DNA of 36,002 nucleotides from Perkinsus olseni (Eukaryota): NCBI GenBank assembly GCA_013115125.1, contig JABANN010000352.1, positions 1 to 36,002 of the forward strand, read 5' to 3'. Shown piece by piece: positions 1 to 11,776 of this stretch (position 1 is its first letter; each line of letters starts with the position of its first letter). The notes under the pieces were generated by a model. It saw only the letters and a program-made list of their open reading frames with translations, ran no database searches and was not told where the DNA came from. The position numbers and the translations under genes were made by a program.

Positions 1-375
1 CGTGGAGCTGATGAGGACTATCTAACTAGTGAAAACGTGGGTCGGTACCTCGCGACGATCTCAGGAACTTACAGGCACCCTTGCTTTGCTTCTGTCGCCG
101 CTATCATGAGTAAAATGTACATGATAACGGTCCCCACAGGAGCTACTAACTGGAGAAGCCTCCAGTGTTCCTGTCGCGAGTACTTGAAGAAAAAAGTGTG
201 TCTGCATAGTATAGGAATCGGAATCCGCCTAGGGCTCTTGAATTCAGAAGATGAGAAAATGCTTCCTATCCAAAAATCAGCTCCTAAGAGAGGTCGGAAG
301 AGAAAGGCTGGTCCCGCTTTGGCTAAGAGCTTGACCCTTGACGCTGCTGCCCAAGATAGATTTTTGAGTTTCTAA
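1..375 (+). mobile_element. 3' end of a MULE/Mutator-like transposase ORF with a SWIM zinc finger (5'-partial)
   Basis: Frame is open from base 1 to TAA at 373-375 with no intron. It encodes CSCREYLKKKVCLH (SWIM CxCx8CxH) followed by a basic tail, PKRGRKRKAGPAL, as in MULE transposase C-termini. No DDE core is visible in the window. Confidence 0.6.
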
Positions 376-587
376 CACAGTGTTTCTAAAGCTTACAATC
401 CAAACAGTTCTTGCGTTAACCGAGTGACTCGGGGGCCCCGAGTCGGGGCGAGTCAGGTAATCGATAGAACTTCGATCATAGAAGTGGTAACGCAACACAA
501 GTACTACCCGGCAGTCGAGGGCCTCGGCTCAAGGGTACCCCAGACTGGGGTCCATAGGTCGGCTCGACGCGCCGAGCTCGGAAAATC

Positions 588-650
588 TGGTGTAGCGGTA
601 GAATCGCAGGCCGGTATCCGAAAGGTTCCCGGTTCAAACCCGCGCTTGCT
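588..650 (+). pseudogene. Degenerate tRNA-like element (A box + B box)
   Basis: TGGTGTAGCGGTA (A-box-like, 588-600) and CGAAAGGTTCCCGGTTCAAACCC (B box GGTTCAAACC at 631-640). It does not fold into a clean cloverleaf. Confidence 0.55.
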
Positions 651-893
651 ATTTCTCTGCATTTATTTTCGTGCAATTGCATGTAGTTCTCAGTTCACGG
701 TTTTTAGTGCTGCGTTCACTTTCTCCCGACTCGCACTCCAGCAACGTCAGGCGAGCGAGAACATAACCTGCGCTATTCAATCACTTGCAATCTTACTCAA
801 ACTTCTATTTCCTCAACGACTTCTTTTTGAAGGTCGTCCATTCATTGTGATGTTTTACTACTACTTTTCAGCTTCCCTTTTCTTACCTCCACC

Positions 894-3800
894 ATGAGTG
901 CTCAGGGGATGCCTCCGCACCTGCTGGCGCTCTTTTGCCCGAGGCCGCCGCAAGCGTATGAGAAGCCGCAGATGCGCAAGGCGCCGGTGACTGCTCATCA
1001 CTTGACAGGTGAGGGGCTCGATCTTGACCTATTTTGTACCTCTCAAGGTGAACCTCAAGATATTTCTGAGATCAGAAAGGGATATTTAACGATTGAAAAT
1101 GATTCTATTCCGTTTCTTGCCATCTGCAACCTTGGATGCCCTAGCGAGACTCAATGCTGCAATGCGACCTTATCTGCATCCTCCCCGCTTCAACCTTAGA
1201 TATTCCGAGTCACTCGCTCTTATCAGGTTTGGCGGATTTTGTCGACTCCTTCGAAGGTGGTGAGCCGCCGGAACGTGAACACAACGAGACGCCTTTGGAA
1301 CGGAAGAAACGGAAAGCTAAAGAGAAGAAGGAAAAGTACTACGCGGGGATCGATCCCGGGACCTCTCGTGAGAGAGTCGAAACACTTATCCTAGTCGATC
1401 AATCGAGCGCTCGTCATTGTGAGAGTGTCAAATTCCCTTGTCTCCCTCCGAGGGAGGCTCTTTCGGAATTCATTACCACCGGCCGACGCCTACCGATACG
1501 GTTGGTAGAATCGCACTCGAGAGAGGTTAACCAATTCGAGTCCAGCTGTCGAGTATCTTTACGCTACGTAAATTACAGACCCGACCTCGCCCGCCTTCAC
1601 CCGTGATCGAGCTTGGATTCTTCGGTGGAACACCGGACGCTGGAGATGAGCTGTCGCTCTCTCGCGAGCCGTTATCGTAATCGAAACTTCGTATCTTATG
1701 TCGACCCGCGGTTAACGCAGAATTGCTCATGTTGTCGACTGCAAGATGCAATTTCGTCCCTTCCCGATCTGGTTTCGGTATGTGAGCGGGCGAGAGGCTG
1801 CTGAGTCGACGTGGCTATTTGGGCTGCGATCGTGAGATTTCAAATTGGTTGTGAAAAAGTTGGTATTGACGTCCTGTGGACACTCTTTGTCCTAAAAAAC
1901 GCGAGCTGTAAGTAGCCCGATACTACACCGGGTCAGCCATCGGTCGTGTTGTGGCTGATTCCCGCTAGCCTGATCGAGGCTGGGAAGCAGAAAATGAAAA
2001 CTTTTAGGATGCAGTTGCCGGCAATGATGGCGAGAAATTATGGTTTAGCTCACTGGTGCAAGGGTGCTGACTTATTTTTATTGGTTTAGTGAGATGCCCG
2101 GGGTCGGGATTGAACCGGGGTCGTTGGGTGTCGAGAGTGAATTCCCGTTCAGATACGAGGAGTTGATTGAACGTCTACGAGCGGACTATAAGCCTCAGAA
2201 TAATGACAAAGTGATCTCGGGAGATTCGAACCGGAGGCCTATCTTGAAATATTCGCTGTGCGCGAGAAGATTCTCCATTTTGTCAGGTATCTGGGGATCC
2301 CTTCAAAACTCTCTTCGTTGCGAGAGTCGCGTATGAGACGACGGAGAAGCAACTGCAGCATATCTTTGGGGAATATGGTCCGATACGAAAGGTAAGATTC
2401 TTCGCTGTGCGCGAAGATAATTTCCTGGTTACACTGCTCGGGACATATCTTTGAGGTTGAGCTGGCGTGTGATGGAGATGAAAGATATGGGACTGCTAGC
2501 ATGATTCAATCTTGTGGCGCGCGGTAATTTTTGGTATCTTCAGGTTACCATCGTCCATGATAAGGAAGGTAGAAGTCGCGGATATGCTTTTATCGAATAT
2601 GACAACGAAGGCAGCCTCAAGCAAGCTTACAAAAACGTACGTCGCGCGCCACGAAATTCTCCCCTCTATTTTTCGTTACTGTCAGGCAGATGGTATCAAA
2701 ATCGACGGGCGCCGAGTGCTGGTTGATGTAGAGCGAGGTAGGACAGTTTCGGGATGGATACCTCGCCGGATGGGCGGTGGACGGGGAAGTGGAAGGTGAT
2801 AGAGGAGGGCGGGGTTCTGAATTTTACTTACAATGGCTGCTGTGTGGCAGCGATGAAATTATGAGCAAGATACTAGTATCATTAGTTTCCTGAGCTCAAA
2901 CTGTGAAGGTCGAGCATGGAAGATATTTCTTCAGGATTGCCAAACCGAAGTCTAAGAAGGGCCCGCCGGGCGGTCCTCCGCCATCACCATTTGGTCCGCC
3001 CGAATGGGACTCCGGGTACCCGCCGAGGATGTCGTCCTGGGGTAAGGGGAAAGGTGGTATGATGTTTGATGATGGGTATGGCAAAGGGAAGGGGAAAGGA
3101 AAGGGAGGACCGCCACCGAGATGGGGCATGGACGACTTTGGGAAGGGCAGAAAGGGGTAATAGCTTACGGGATTTGGTGGAAATGTGGTATCGTTAATAG
3201 CGGAGATGTAGCGGGAGTATCTTAGCTTGGCTCTTGTATTACACAAAAAGCAGCATCTTTCTGTGCTGACGCTTTTGCCCTTCACGGAGAGGTCGCTGTC
3301 ATCAGTGATATCTTGTGAGTGGGAGAGATAATTTTTACGGATGTTTGCACGGGATGGTGCTGCTGTCGTTCGACGGCCTTAGCTATTCAACCACAATTGT
3401 GAGGTCGTCTACTGGAGGATCGAGTCGTCGTTGGTTGGATTGTCTTGGGAGAAGGAGAGAAGTGACAGTGTGGATTACGAGGGATGAGCGTTTATTTGTG
3501 CGAGAAATTTTCACGAAAATTGGGTAAAATTTTTCCCAGCTTGGATGATTTCACCCAGATACGGTGGACCACCTCCGTACGAGTCCAGCTGGGGCAAGGG
3601 TAAAGGAAAGGGATCTAGGTGAGTGGATGTTGGTCAATCTTGCAATCTTGCAATTCCTCAACGCTCAGGTATGATGATGGTGGCCCGCCCCCTCACAGGC
3701 CGTTTGATGAGTTCGGTCCTCGCGTGAGAGATCGTGATAGAGATCGTGCTAGGGCTAGGGACGAGGATGCTGGGGAATCGCGGTGAGTTAAATGCGGAAA

Positions 3801-4411
3801 AATGTCGCTGGGAGGATTCGAACCGGGGACCTTGTGTGACAGCACTGAGTTTGGTATCTTCTGCTTCGAGGTTAACCTATGGGGAATCGTATTTAACGGA
3901 TGCGAATTTTTCTTCCGAATCTATCGACTGTTTTGGTTCATCCATCTCTCGCTAGAAAGACGAATGCCGATGATATTTTTCGCGAATCTTTGTAGTCTTT
4001 TTTGGACTATTTCTCATGTTAACGGCTTCCCCGAAAACGGAAGAAATCTGAATTTTCCAGATTTTCTAAAGTTTTTCATTTATTAGGCGGACAAATGGTG
4101 ATTTTTCAGTTTCAGAAATTTCCAAATCTTTGATGATTCGCTTATCTTTCTAGTCTTTTTCGAAGCATATTCGATCTGTGTTATATCGATCACGTTCGCG
4201 CTTCTGCTCCGAAAACGAAAGGACTCAGAATTTTTCAGATTTTCTGTTGTTTTTTCGCTAGACTAGAGAGGCTAATTATGATGGGATTTTTCGAGTATAT
4301 TTTCTCTTCAGTCGTGACCGCGATAGAGACCGCGAGCGTCGAGAGCCCCGAAAAAACAGATCGCGCAGCCGCGAGCGTCGACGTCATCATCACCATCACG
4401 ATGAAGATTGA
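894..4411 (+). CDS. SNRNP70: U1 snRNP 70 kDa protein (10 exons, ~361 aa)
   Basis: Phase-consistent GT-AG model: 894-1008, 1227-1335, 2153-2210, 2287-2391, 2544-2636, 2686-2795, 2935-3156, 3559-3618, 3669-3782, 4312-4411. Encodes [31 protein letters not shown]1 [39 protein letters not shown] and an RD/RE/RS tail. Confidence 0.96.
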
Positions 4412-4460
4412 ATGATAGATTTATGGGTAGCTTCTTAGGTTGAAGGTGTTGTGTTGATCG

Positions 4461-4967
4461 AGAGTATCTTAGGTTGATCATGGGAAGATACGGGGTAGGT
4501 CGAGTAGCGGGCAAATGGTTGCTTCCTTCCCACGATAGGCTAGAGTTGATCCTGGATCGTTGCATTTGAGACTGAGAGAACACAGGCTCGTTTACATACC
4601 ATCCTATCGAGTATAGTCATAGAGTATCTTAGGTTGATCATGGGAAGATACGGGGTAGGTCGAGTAGCGGGCAAGNNNNNNNNNNNNNNNNNNNNNNNNN
4701 NNNNNNNNNNNNNNNNNNNNNNNNNNNNNNNNNNNNNNNNNNNNNNNNNNNNNNNNNNNNNNNNNNNNNNNNNCATAGAGTATCTTAGGTTGATCATGGG
4801 AAGATACGGGGTAGGTCGAGTAGCGGGCAAATGGTTGCTTCCTTCCTACGATAGGCTAGAGTTGATCCTGGATCGTTGCATTTGAGATTGAGAGAACAGA
4901 GGCTCGTTTACAGACGATCCTATCGAGTATAGTCATAGAGTATCTTAGGTTGATCATGGGAAGATAT
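4461..4967. repeat. 160-bp tandem repeat interrupted by an assembly gap
   Basis: Unit start AGAGTATCTTAGGTTGATCATGGGAAGATA recurs at 4461, 4621, 4777 and 4937, giving a period of 160 on each side of the gap. Confidence 0.9.
4676..4773. other. Assembly gap (98 N)
   Basis: Run of N bases inside the 160-bp tandem array, so the true copy number is unknown. Confidence 0.99.
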
Positions 4968-5467
4968 GAGTGAGGCTACTAGCGGAAGTAGACGTTACTT
5001 CACCGAGTATGCTAAGGGAATCTTAGGTTGATGGTAGAAGATTCCCCATAGGTCGGAGTGACGGCTGGTAATGCTGCTTGTAAGCACAGCGTAAGCAGTC
5101 GGTGATGCAAACGAGTGTCAGTGCGCCTTGGCGAAGAAGAGGTGCATATGCAAAATGCCTGATCGATCATCTACGCCGTTGGGGTCTATGCTCTCTGAAT
5201 GTCTCATAGTCTGGTAGGAGAACCCGATGGAAACGATTTTCCGTGCGACAGAGCCTCTTCATCGGAGTTAACGAACACTCCGGCGAACGGGAACTTTCTG
5301 GGTATATCCCAAGAAGGCATCCTAACTGCGACAAGGTTGGGTTGATAAGAAATCGACACTCGCCGGCGCCTCGTAAAAAAGGGTACTCACGTTCGTGTGA
5401 GAGATGGTCGGATCGCCAATTAGGATAATAGAATAATTCGTCTTTCATTGGTTCATGGCCTCGGACG

Positions 5468-8400
5468 ATGTTTGACTTCTCCGCTCTCCTGCCGTTCCAC
5501 TATCGGATGTCGATGATCGTCCTCCTTGAACTGATGAGATGACAGCCGTTCACTTGCCCTCCCTCCCGAGTGAAGCGCTTCGCTCCGCTGTGCTCGAAAT
5601 GCGACACTTCCACCTTGAACGACATGCCTTGACAGACTATTTCCTGATGTTACCCGATACATTGGCACAACACTGAGGGATGCTGATGTTGTAAGTTACG
5701 ACTCGTAACAGCTCACACAAGAGCGTAGTCCACGGTAGTTTCATATCGAGCAATCTACTCAGACGATTGATCCCGCCCGACGTACTGACCGAGGCCGCGG
5801 GTGAGCCCGAACCTACCTCTGGGACTGACAGCTGCACGCGTAGAGGATGGGCATCCACTTTGCACTACCGAACGCGGGAGCCGGCAAGAATATTCGGACT
5901 GCCTGTCTCGAAGGCAGTAGTTTTTATTTCTCTCCTGTTTCGGACCACTTCCTTGCAAATAATGAAGAAATTTTCCGCATTCTTGCCGGAAATAGTGTCT
6001 CGACAGAGTTGCCATGGTCAGCCTAGGTTACCGTAGATCTACGGGTTGTACCAATAACAACTTGGCGATCTTAAATGCTCTTGTGAGTTTTCTGAGATAC
6101 TTATGGTTTTGTGTGGCAGTCAACTCAGCCTCGCTGGGGCGCAGGTGGGTATTTCTCAGGGTCCAGTCCGCGGCTGTTCGTCCCAATTCGTAAATTTGGC
6201 GGCGGTAGTCATGGTGAATACCGGCATATATTCGTATCTTCCAGGGGTCAACCTAAGATACTCCCACCAGTTATACTAAATGCCCGACCTCAATCATGAC
6301 ACTTGGTTGCAGATATTCAGCTACCTTCCGAAGGAGCAGCTGTAAGTCAATTCAGACTGGAGAAAAAAGCGAAAAAATTTCCGAGAATTTCCCGGAAATT
6401 TATAATCAAAAATTCTTTTGAAAGGCAGAGATTCCGTCACTCGATTTTACTGGTTGGGAAACGCCCCGCGCGCACGCCGGACTTAAACCTCGGTATCATT
6501 TCGATTCTTCGTCTTACTTCCTCAGGTGCTCTCAAGTCTCACCGACTTGCCGAAAGCTCTGCAGTAAGTCTCCGCCCGGGTTCGCTCCCCACGCCCGGCA
6601 TTTTTTTTTCTCAGATTTAGTCCGAGATGCTATCGAAAGCGTTACTTTTGACGCCTCTGCAACAACGACGGAGTCAAGCGGAACTCTCGGGAGGTGAGCT
6701 GGAAATCGGAAATTTGGAAAATTGGATGGGCCATCTTATTTCTAGTCTCTCCCCGAAGCGTATGAGTTTGTCTTGCCTCTTTACGAAGGCGGATTCCGTT
6801 GAAAGCTCCAGAATGTCTTTTCGCTAGTTTTTTCTTTGTTTTCCCGAGTTTTCGAGAAATTTCGTCATTCAATGCTTCAGTAGAGTGCATCTCGGTTCAG
6901 GCAAGTGGTCACTAGGCCTTCGTAACGAAAAAGCGGAGCTCGGCACGAAGTCTCGGGTTCGAACCCCAGCCCGGGCTTTCCCATATTTTTTCGAGTTCAT
7001 CTACAACGGTCCACGACGGTTTTGCTCGGTAGAGCAGGGATAAGAGCGATTCCGTATTTTTTGTAGAATACACAAACCGCGTGCTTTCGAATGGTATGTG
7101 TCTCGCGAGTTGAATCGACATAGTCGAGGAGAAATGATTTGAACGAACGAACGAACGAACGCACAAAAAAACGCAGAAGTGACAGTATATGCTCCGCTCG
7201 CTTCGCTCGCTCCGCAATTTTTTGGGGGAATATCGCGAGTTGACCCTGCCGGGGATCGAACCCGGGACCTCAGGTATATGATCGGCGTTGACCCCTACTC
7301 CTTCCCACGGGTTCTCAACGGTACACTTGCCCAGGAGGATTACCGTGATTTTATGGATGACCCGAAAAATCCTGTAAGTTTTCTGATTTCTGAGCGGAGC
7401 GAAGCGATTCAGGTTCATTATTTTCCGGGTTTCAGTTGACAGACGCCAACGAGTGTAGTTTTCGCCGACTCGGAGATTACGCTAATTTGAAGAACCTATC
7501 AGTTCGGAATATTGTAAGTCAAACTTTGGAATGTGCATCCTTAGGTTGACATGGTGAGATACGAAATAGGTCAACATAGAGCCAGTTTGATCGATTTCCA
7601 TTCTCAGAGAGGTCGAGAGTGCTGGTTGAGACTGGTGGAGCCACTCAGGCGATCAACTTCTAGTAGAGTTCGCTGCCTCATCTTTGAGCGATGCCAACTG
7701 GGACCTTCTTTTGTACATGTAAGAAAAAACAGAAGCGGGAAGTTTCCGGAAAATCTTTTCTGTGAATCTTTGCTAAAATATGTGTCAACTCGCCCGAAAT
7801 AATCGGCGTATCTTATGTTGAAGCGTGGAAGATACGAAGCAGGTTAGACGAAGTGACGCGTGCTTCAGTTCCTCTCATCCATTGTGCCCCACTTCGCCGA
7901 GTTGCAAGTCCTCCGATTCGAGCAATGCGTCTTCGCCCCCTCTGCACTGAGGAGGGTCTACTTAACCAGATGTCAGCATGGTAAGCGCGTAATCGAAAGG
8001 TCCCCGGATCGATCCCCAGGGCAAGCTTTTTTCTCTCCGCTTCAGCGACTGATGGTCGGGTCCCCAAAAGGAAGCGTTCGACGTCGGAGGCGGTCGATCG
8101 GGTGTACATCGGTCAATACTCAGACGCGCTCCTTCATCTCATCAGTGCGATCGGTAGAGTCAAGGATCTCACTAAACTGGTAATGAATCTCGAAATCTTG
8201 CGATCTTGCAATTCCTTAACGCAGGTTATGACTGAATGTCATCTGGGTGCCCTCCAGAAAGTCGGGTGCGAGTCGACGAAGCATTTTGACGATCGCCGGC
8301 TCAGCTCGGGGAATCCTTGCTTGGACTTCGTTATTGCTGTTAGTGAAGATATCACGCGTAAATCTTATGAAACGGTTGATCGATTTGGATTTTTTACTGT

Positions 8401-10510
8401 TATATATAACAATTTTCCGGACCTTGTCGAATTCTTTCCCAGGTCAAGGAGCTCAACCTACGAGTTGCATCGAAAAGATTCCCTTCGCCTTCCTCGATGG
8501 CGTATCTTTCAACCTCATCCAAACATGTTCAAGATTACGGGTAACCTGTCCTTGTGAAAAGCGCTCGCCTTCGTGATCGATTTTCAGAACCTTCAACACT
8601 TGGAGTTGGACGAGAATTGCTTATTCGACTCTGGTGTCTATCCCATTGCTCAGTCGCTCAGTTCGGGCGGCTTTCCAGCGCTCGAAACGCTTAGTCTCAT
8701 GGGAAACTATATTTCCACATACGGGTAGGAAATCTTGAAATCTTGCGATCTTGCTATTGCCTAATGCGCTTATAGGTTGGTGACCCTCCTTGTTGCATTG
8801 CCCAAGGCGAAGAGGCTCACCGACGTCGACCTTAGCGACAATCAAATTAATTTCGTGGCGCGCGGTAGAACTGACGAAGTGGGTGTGCAGGACCGGAGTT
8901 GCCGGGCCAGAGTATCCAATATCGATCAGGTGATCGATTTGGACGTCCCCGAGCTGATGATGGTATATGTCCAGTTGTGGCTGGAATCTTCGGCCGAGAA
9001 GGTGCATCTCGCCCTGGCCGGCAACAGGCCGTGCCGGTCTGTAGCCGATGCTGTGGAGAGGACAGTTCATTTGCTTGAGGAATCCAAGGTCGGAGCATGC
9101 AAGATACAGAATAAGTCAGCCAATCGACCACTCAGGCAACCGAAGGCATCTTGGACTTCCAACAGCGCTCTGTTCGCTCCAGTTCATCAACTTCCTTCCA
9201 AGAGGACGAACCGGAAGGCGAAGATGCAGGTGAGAAAGGAGGTCGACATCCTTGCTCATCACATAGCCAAAAGATACGCTTTTGCTCACGGGCAAGAATA
9301 TCTTCTCGACTCAGCTATCTCGCTATCAACGTCGAAGACCTCATCCGAGTTTTTTTTCGAATTATCGTCCATTTCCACGCCCAAACGGTTGTAGTGTATT
9401 CTAATGACGCAGTTTGACATGTCTACTCGAACCGATTACTGTTGATGTATTAACCTGCGATAATAAATTGCAACTTGCACAGGGTTTGCTGTGAGTCGCG
9501 CAACTTCGCGTTGCTATCAGCCAACGACATCAGTATGCAACGGAACTGATGAAGGTTTCTCGAGGGGGAATTATGTGCACGCGTGCTGATAACCGAAATC
9601 GATCAGTCGATAGCGATCCTCGATTCCGGCTTGGCCATCCTGAGGTCGGTAGGTTCGCTGGTGGCGGACTGCGGGTCGGACGAAAGCGTATCCGAGGTCA
9701 AAGATGGTGCGGCGTCGATCGGCACGCCCAATGGGCTCGGCAGCTCCGACGATGACGACGAAGAGGATGGCAACCCGGTGGGTGGATAATTTTGTGGCGC
9801 AGTGAAAGGTTCAAAGTGCTTCAACGTAGGACTTGCAGATAGGAATGACGGCCCTTGTTGGAGGAGATGACAGTGTCCCTAAGAGGTAACGGTGACAATC
9901 CTGACTTATTCTGTATCTTTCATGGGTTGTGCTAAGATACTTCATGTCAGGTCTCGGCGAGGTACGGCACTAGAGGTGACAGAAAGTGAAGTCGAACGAG
10001 AACAAACTGAATTGCGAGAAATGATGAGCCGGTATTACCGCGCGCCACGAAATTACAGCGGAGCGAAGTTTTTTCTCTCAGGAACCCCATATGGCAGCTG
10101 CAAAATCAAGAATTTCAGAGTGATGATGAGGACGATCAAGACTTCGACCCCACCCTGGACGTGTCTGATGACGACGCCCTCTCCGGTTTGGTAGGAATCT
10201 GCGACCCCGTTTTTTCTTAAATCTCAACTCTTCTAGGTGTCCGAAGACGATGTTATATGATTTTTTTTCATTGACCGATTGTTTGTGTTGACAGCCCGGC
10301 GGTGGCCGCAGCATTCGGGCACAGCGAAGAGTCTTTTCACTTCGTTCTAGTCGGGAGTTTGGACACCTCAGTAACCGACCTCTCCTGACTTGTCGCAGAG
10401 CCTCTGATAACGAGTGCCTGTATAAATGTGTAATGAGAATAGTTAATGACAAGACTACAGGATCTTGCATTCTTGCTATTCCTCCACGATCCTCGATATA
10501 TAAATCCTAA
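5468..10510 (+). CDS. Multi-exon RNI-like leucine-rich repeat protein with acidic C-terminus and a possible N-terminal F-box-like motif; ends uncertain
   Basis: Spliced exons give LGDYANLKNLSVRNI, FAELQVLRFEQC, NLQHLELDENCLFDSGVYPIAQSLSSGGFPALETLSLMGNYISTYG and KRLTDVDLSDNQI (LxxLxLxxNxL repeats, ~7440-8850). LALPPELFPDVTRYI lies near 5550-5670. Start and stop are not firmly resolved. Confidence 0.65.
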
Positions 10511-10582
10511 ATAGTGTTAGCTTTGAACGCATGCACAAGACGATGGGCAGCACGGAGTTCATCGTCAAGTAGCCATTCTTAC

Positions 10583-11611
10583 CCGACGGCGTTGGGCCCG
10601 TAGCTGACTCGCTCCATCACAGAGCTGACGGCGCGCATTCGTCGATCATTGGCCCCTTCGGAAGGGTAAGTGATCTCATCACTCGTCATAGCAGGGAATC
10701 TTAGGTTGAAGTATGCAAGAAACAAAATGAGCTTCCCAGCAGGGGTACTATGAGCAACACAATAAGACTAAAGTCATAATATTGAGATTTACCGAAACGA
10801 CAATGAAAAAGTTGTGATCATTTTGGGACGCGCTGAAGCTCCATCGTAGTGCCGTTGAACGGATAGGGGAATGTGAGGCGAATAGTAGCCGCCGCCGCGT
10901 ACGTGATATTTGCAGCTGAGTGAGGAGAGCACGCTACTGTCAAGCGGAGGGTCGCTGGTTCGAACCCTAGTCGACGTACCTTCTATAATAGACCTTATCC
11001 AGAACGGTATACCAGAGAGGTCCATAGTGACCTCCTCGTGCAGCACCTTATAAGATATGTTTCGGGCCTCGACAAATATACTCTTCCTATCCAACGAACC
11101 CATATACCTGAGAAAGTTCAAGATATGCAAGATGAGCAAGATGGTATCCCTTTCCTGCATTAAATCGATCAGCGCGTACTCGCCGAAGGCGAGCACGATG
11201 AGGCCTTGCTCGCCGATAAAAGGCCCCGGTCCAACGTAACGAAATAGTCCGCCTGAATCCGATCCTGACAGATGAACCAACTTGTCGAAAGAATCATCGT
11301 CATCTGCTGAAAAAATCACGCAAAAATTTTTTTCCCATTTTTCCCATTTTCTCATTTTTTCCCTCACCACACCAAGTGAAGAGAAATTTCGAACACCGGA
11401 GAGCAGCCGATCCCATCAGGAAACTCACCGCCGATTTGAGAGGACCGGGGGATGTGTACCGGTATATTGGTAGCCGGCTGAGGAACTGAGGGAAGTGGGT
11501 AATCGAAAGGTCCACGGTTCGATCCCACCACCTACGCATTGGCTTCTCTGGACTACACCCTTGAAATGATACCATAAGTGCGACAAGTAACGTAGCCCAG
11601 AAAAGTATCAT
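10583..11611 (-). CDS. Hypothetical secreted protein, multi-exon; 3' end uncertain
   Basis: ATG at 11611 gives a signal-peptide-like MILFWATLLVALMVSFQGCS. Downstream GT-AG exons read DDDSFDKLVHLSGSDSGGLFRYVGPGPF and YMGSLDRKSIFVEARNISYKV. No family recognised. Confidence 0.45.
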
Positions 11612-11776
11612 AACAAGCAACTTGTGGAGATTCGGACAGGATTTCTATAATCGATCAGCCGATCGATTTGCATTGACAACTAGGTTGCGGAGCTGATCGC
11701 GCGCCACGAATTTATGTACCCAACGCGACACACGAGTCTTCCCGATCGGAAAATAAACCAACGTAATATCGTCTTC

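Noticed and set aside
424-897. 157-aa ORF upstream of U1-70K
   Set aside because: It starts with GTG, runs through palindromes, a tRNA-like element and a pyrimidine-rich leader, and shows no recognisable domain.
2849-2896. Possible C/D snoRNA in U1-70K intron 6 (GCGATGA...CTGA)
   Set aside because: Only ~48 nt long with a variant C box and no identifiable guide.
5167-5448. Minus-strand 93-aa ORF with a possible intron
   Set aside because: No recognisable family and several equally weak frames; not supportable as a gene.
7141-7161. (GAAC)5 microsatellite
   Set aside because: Short, ordinary simple repeat.
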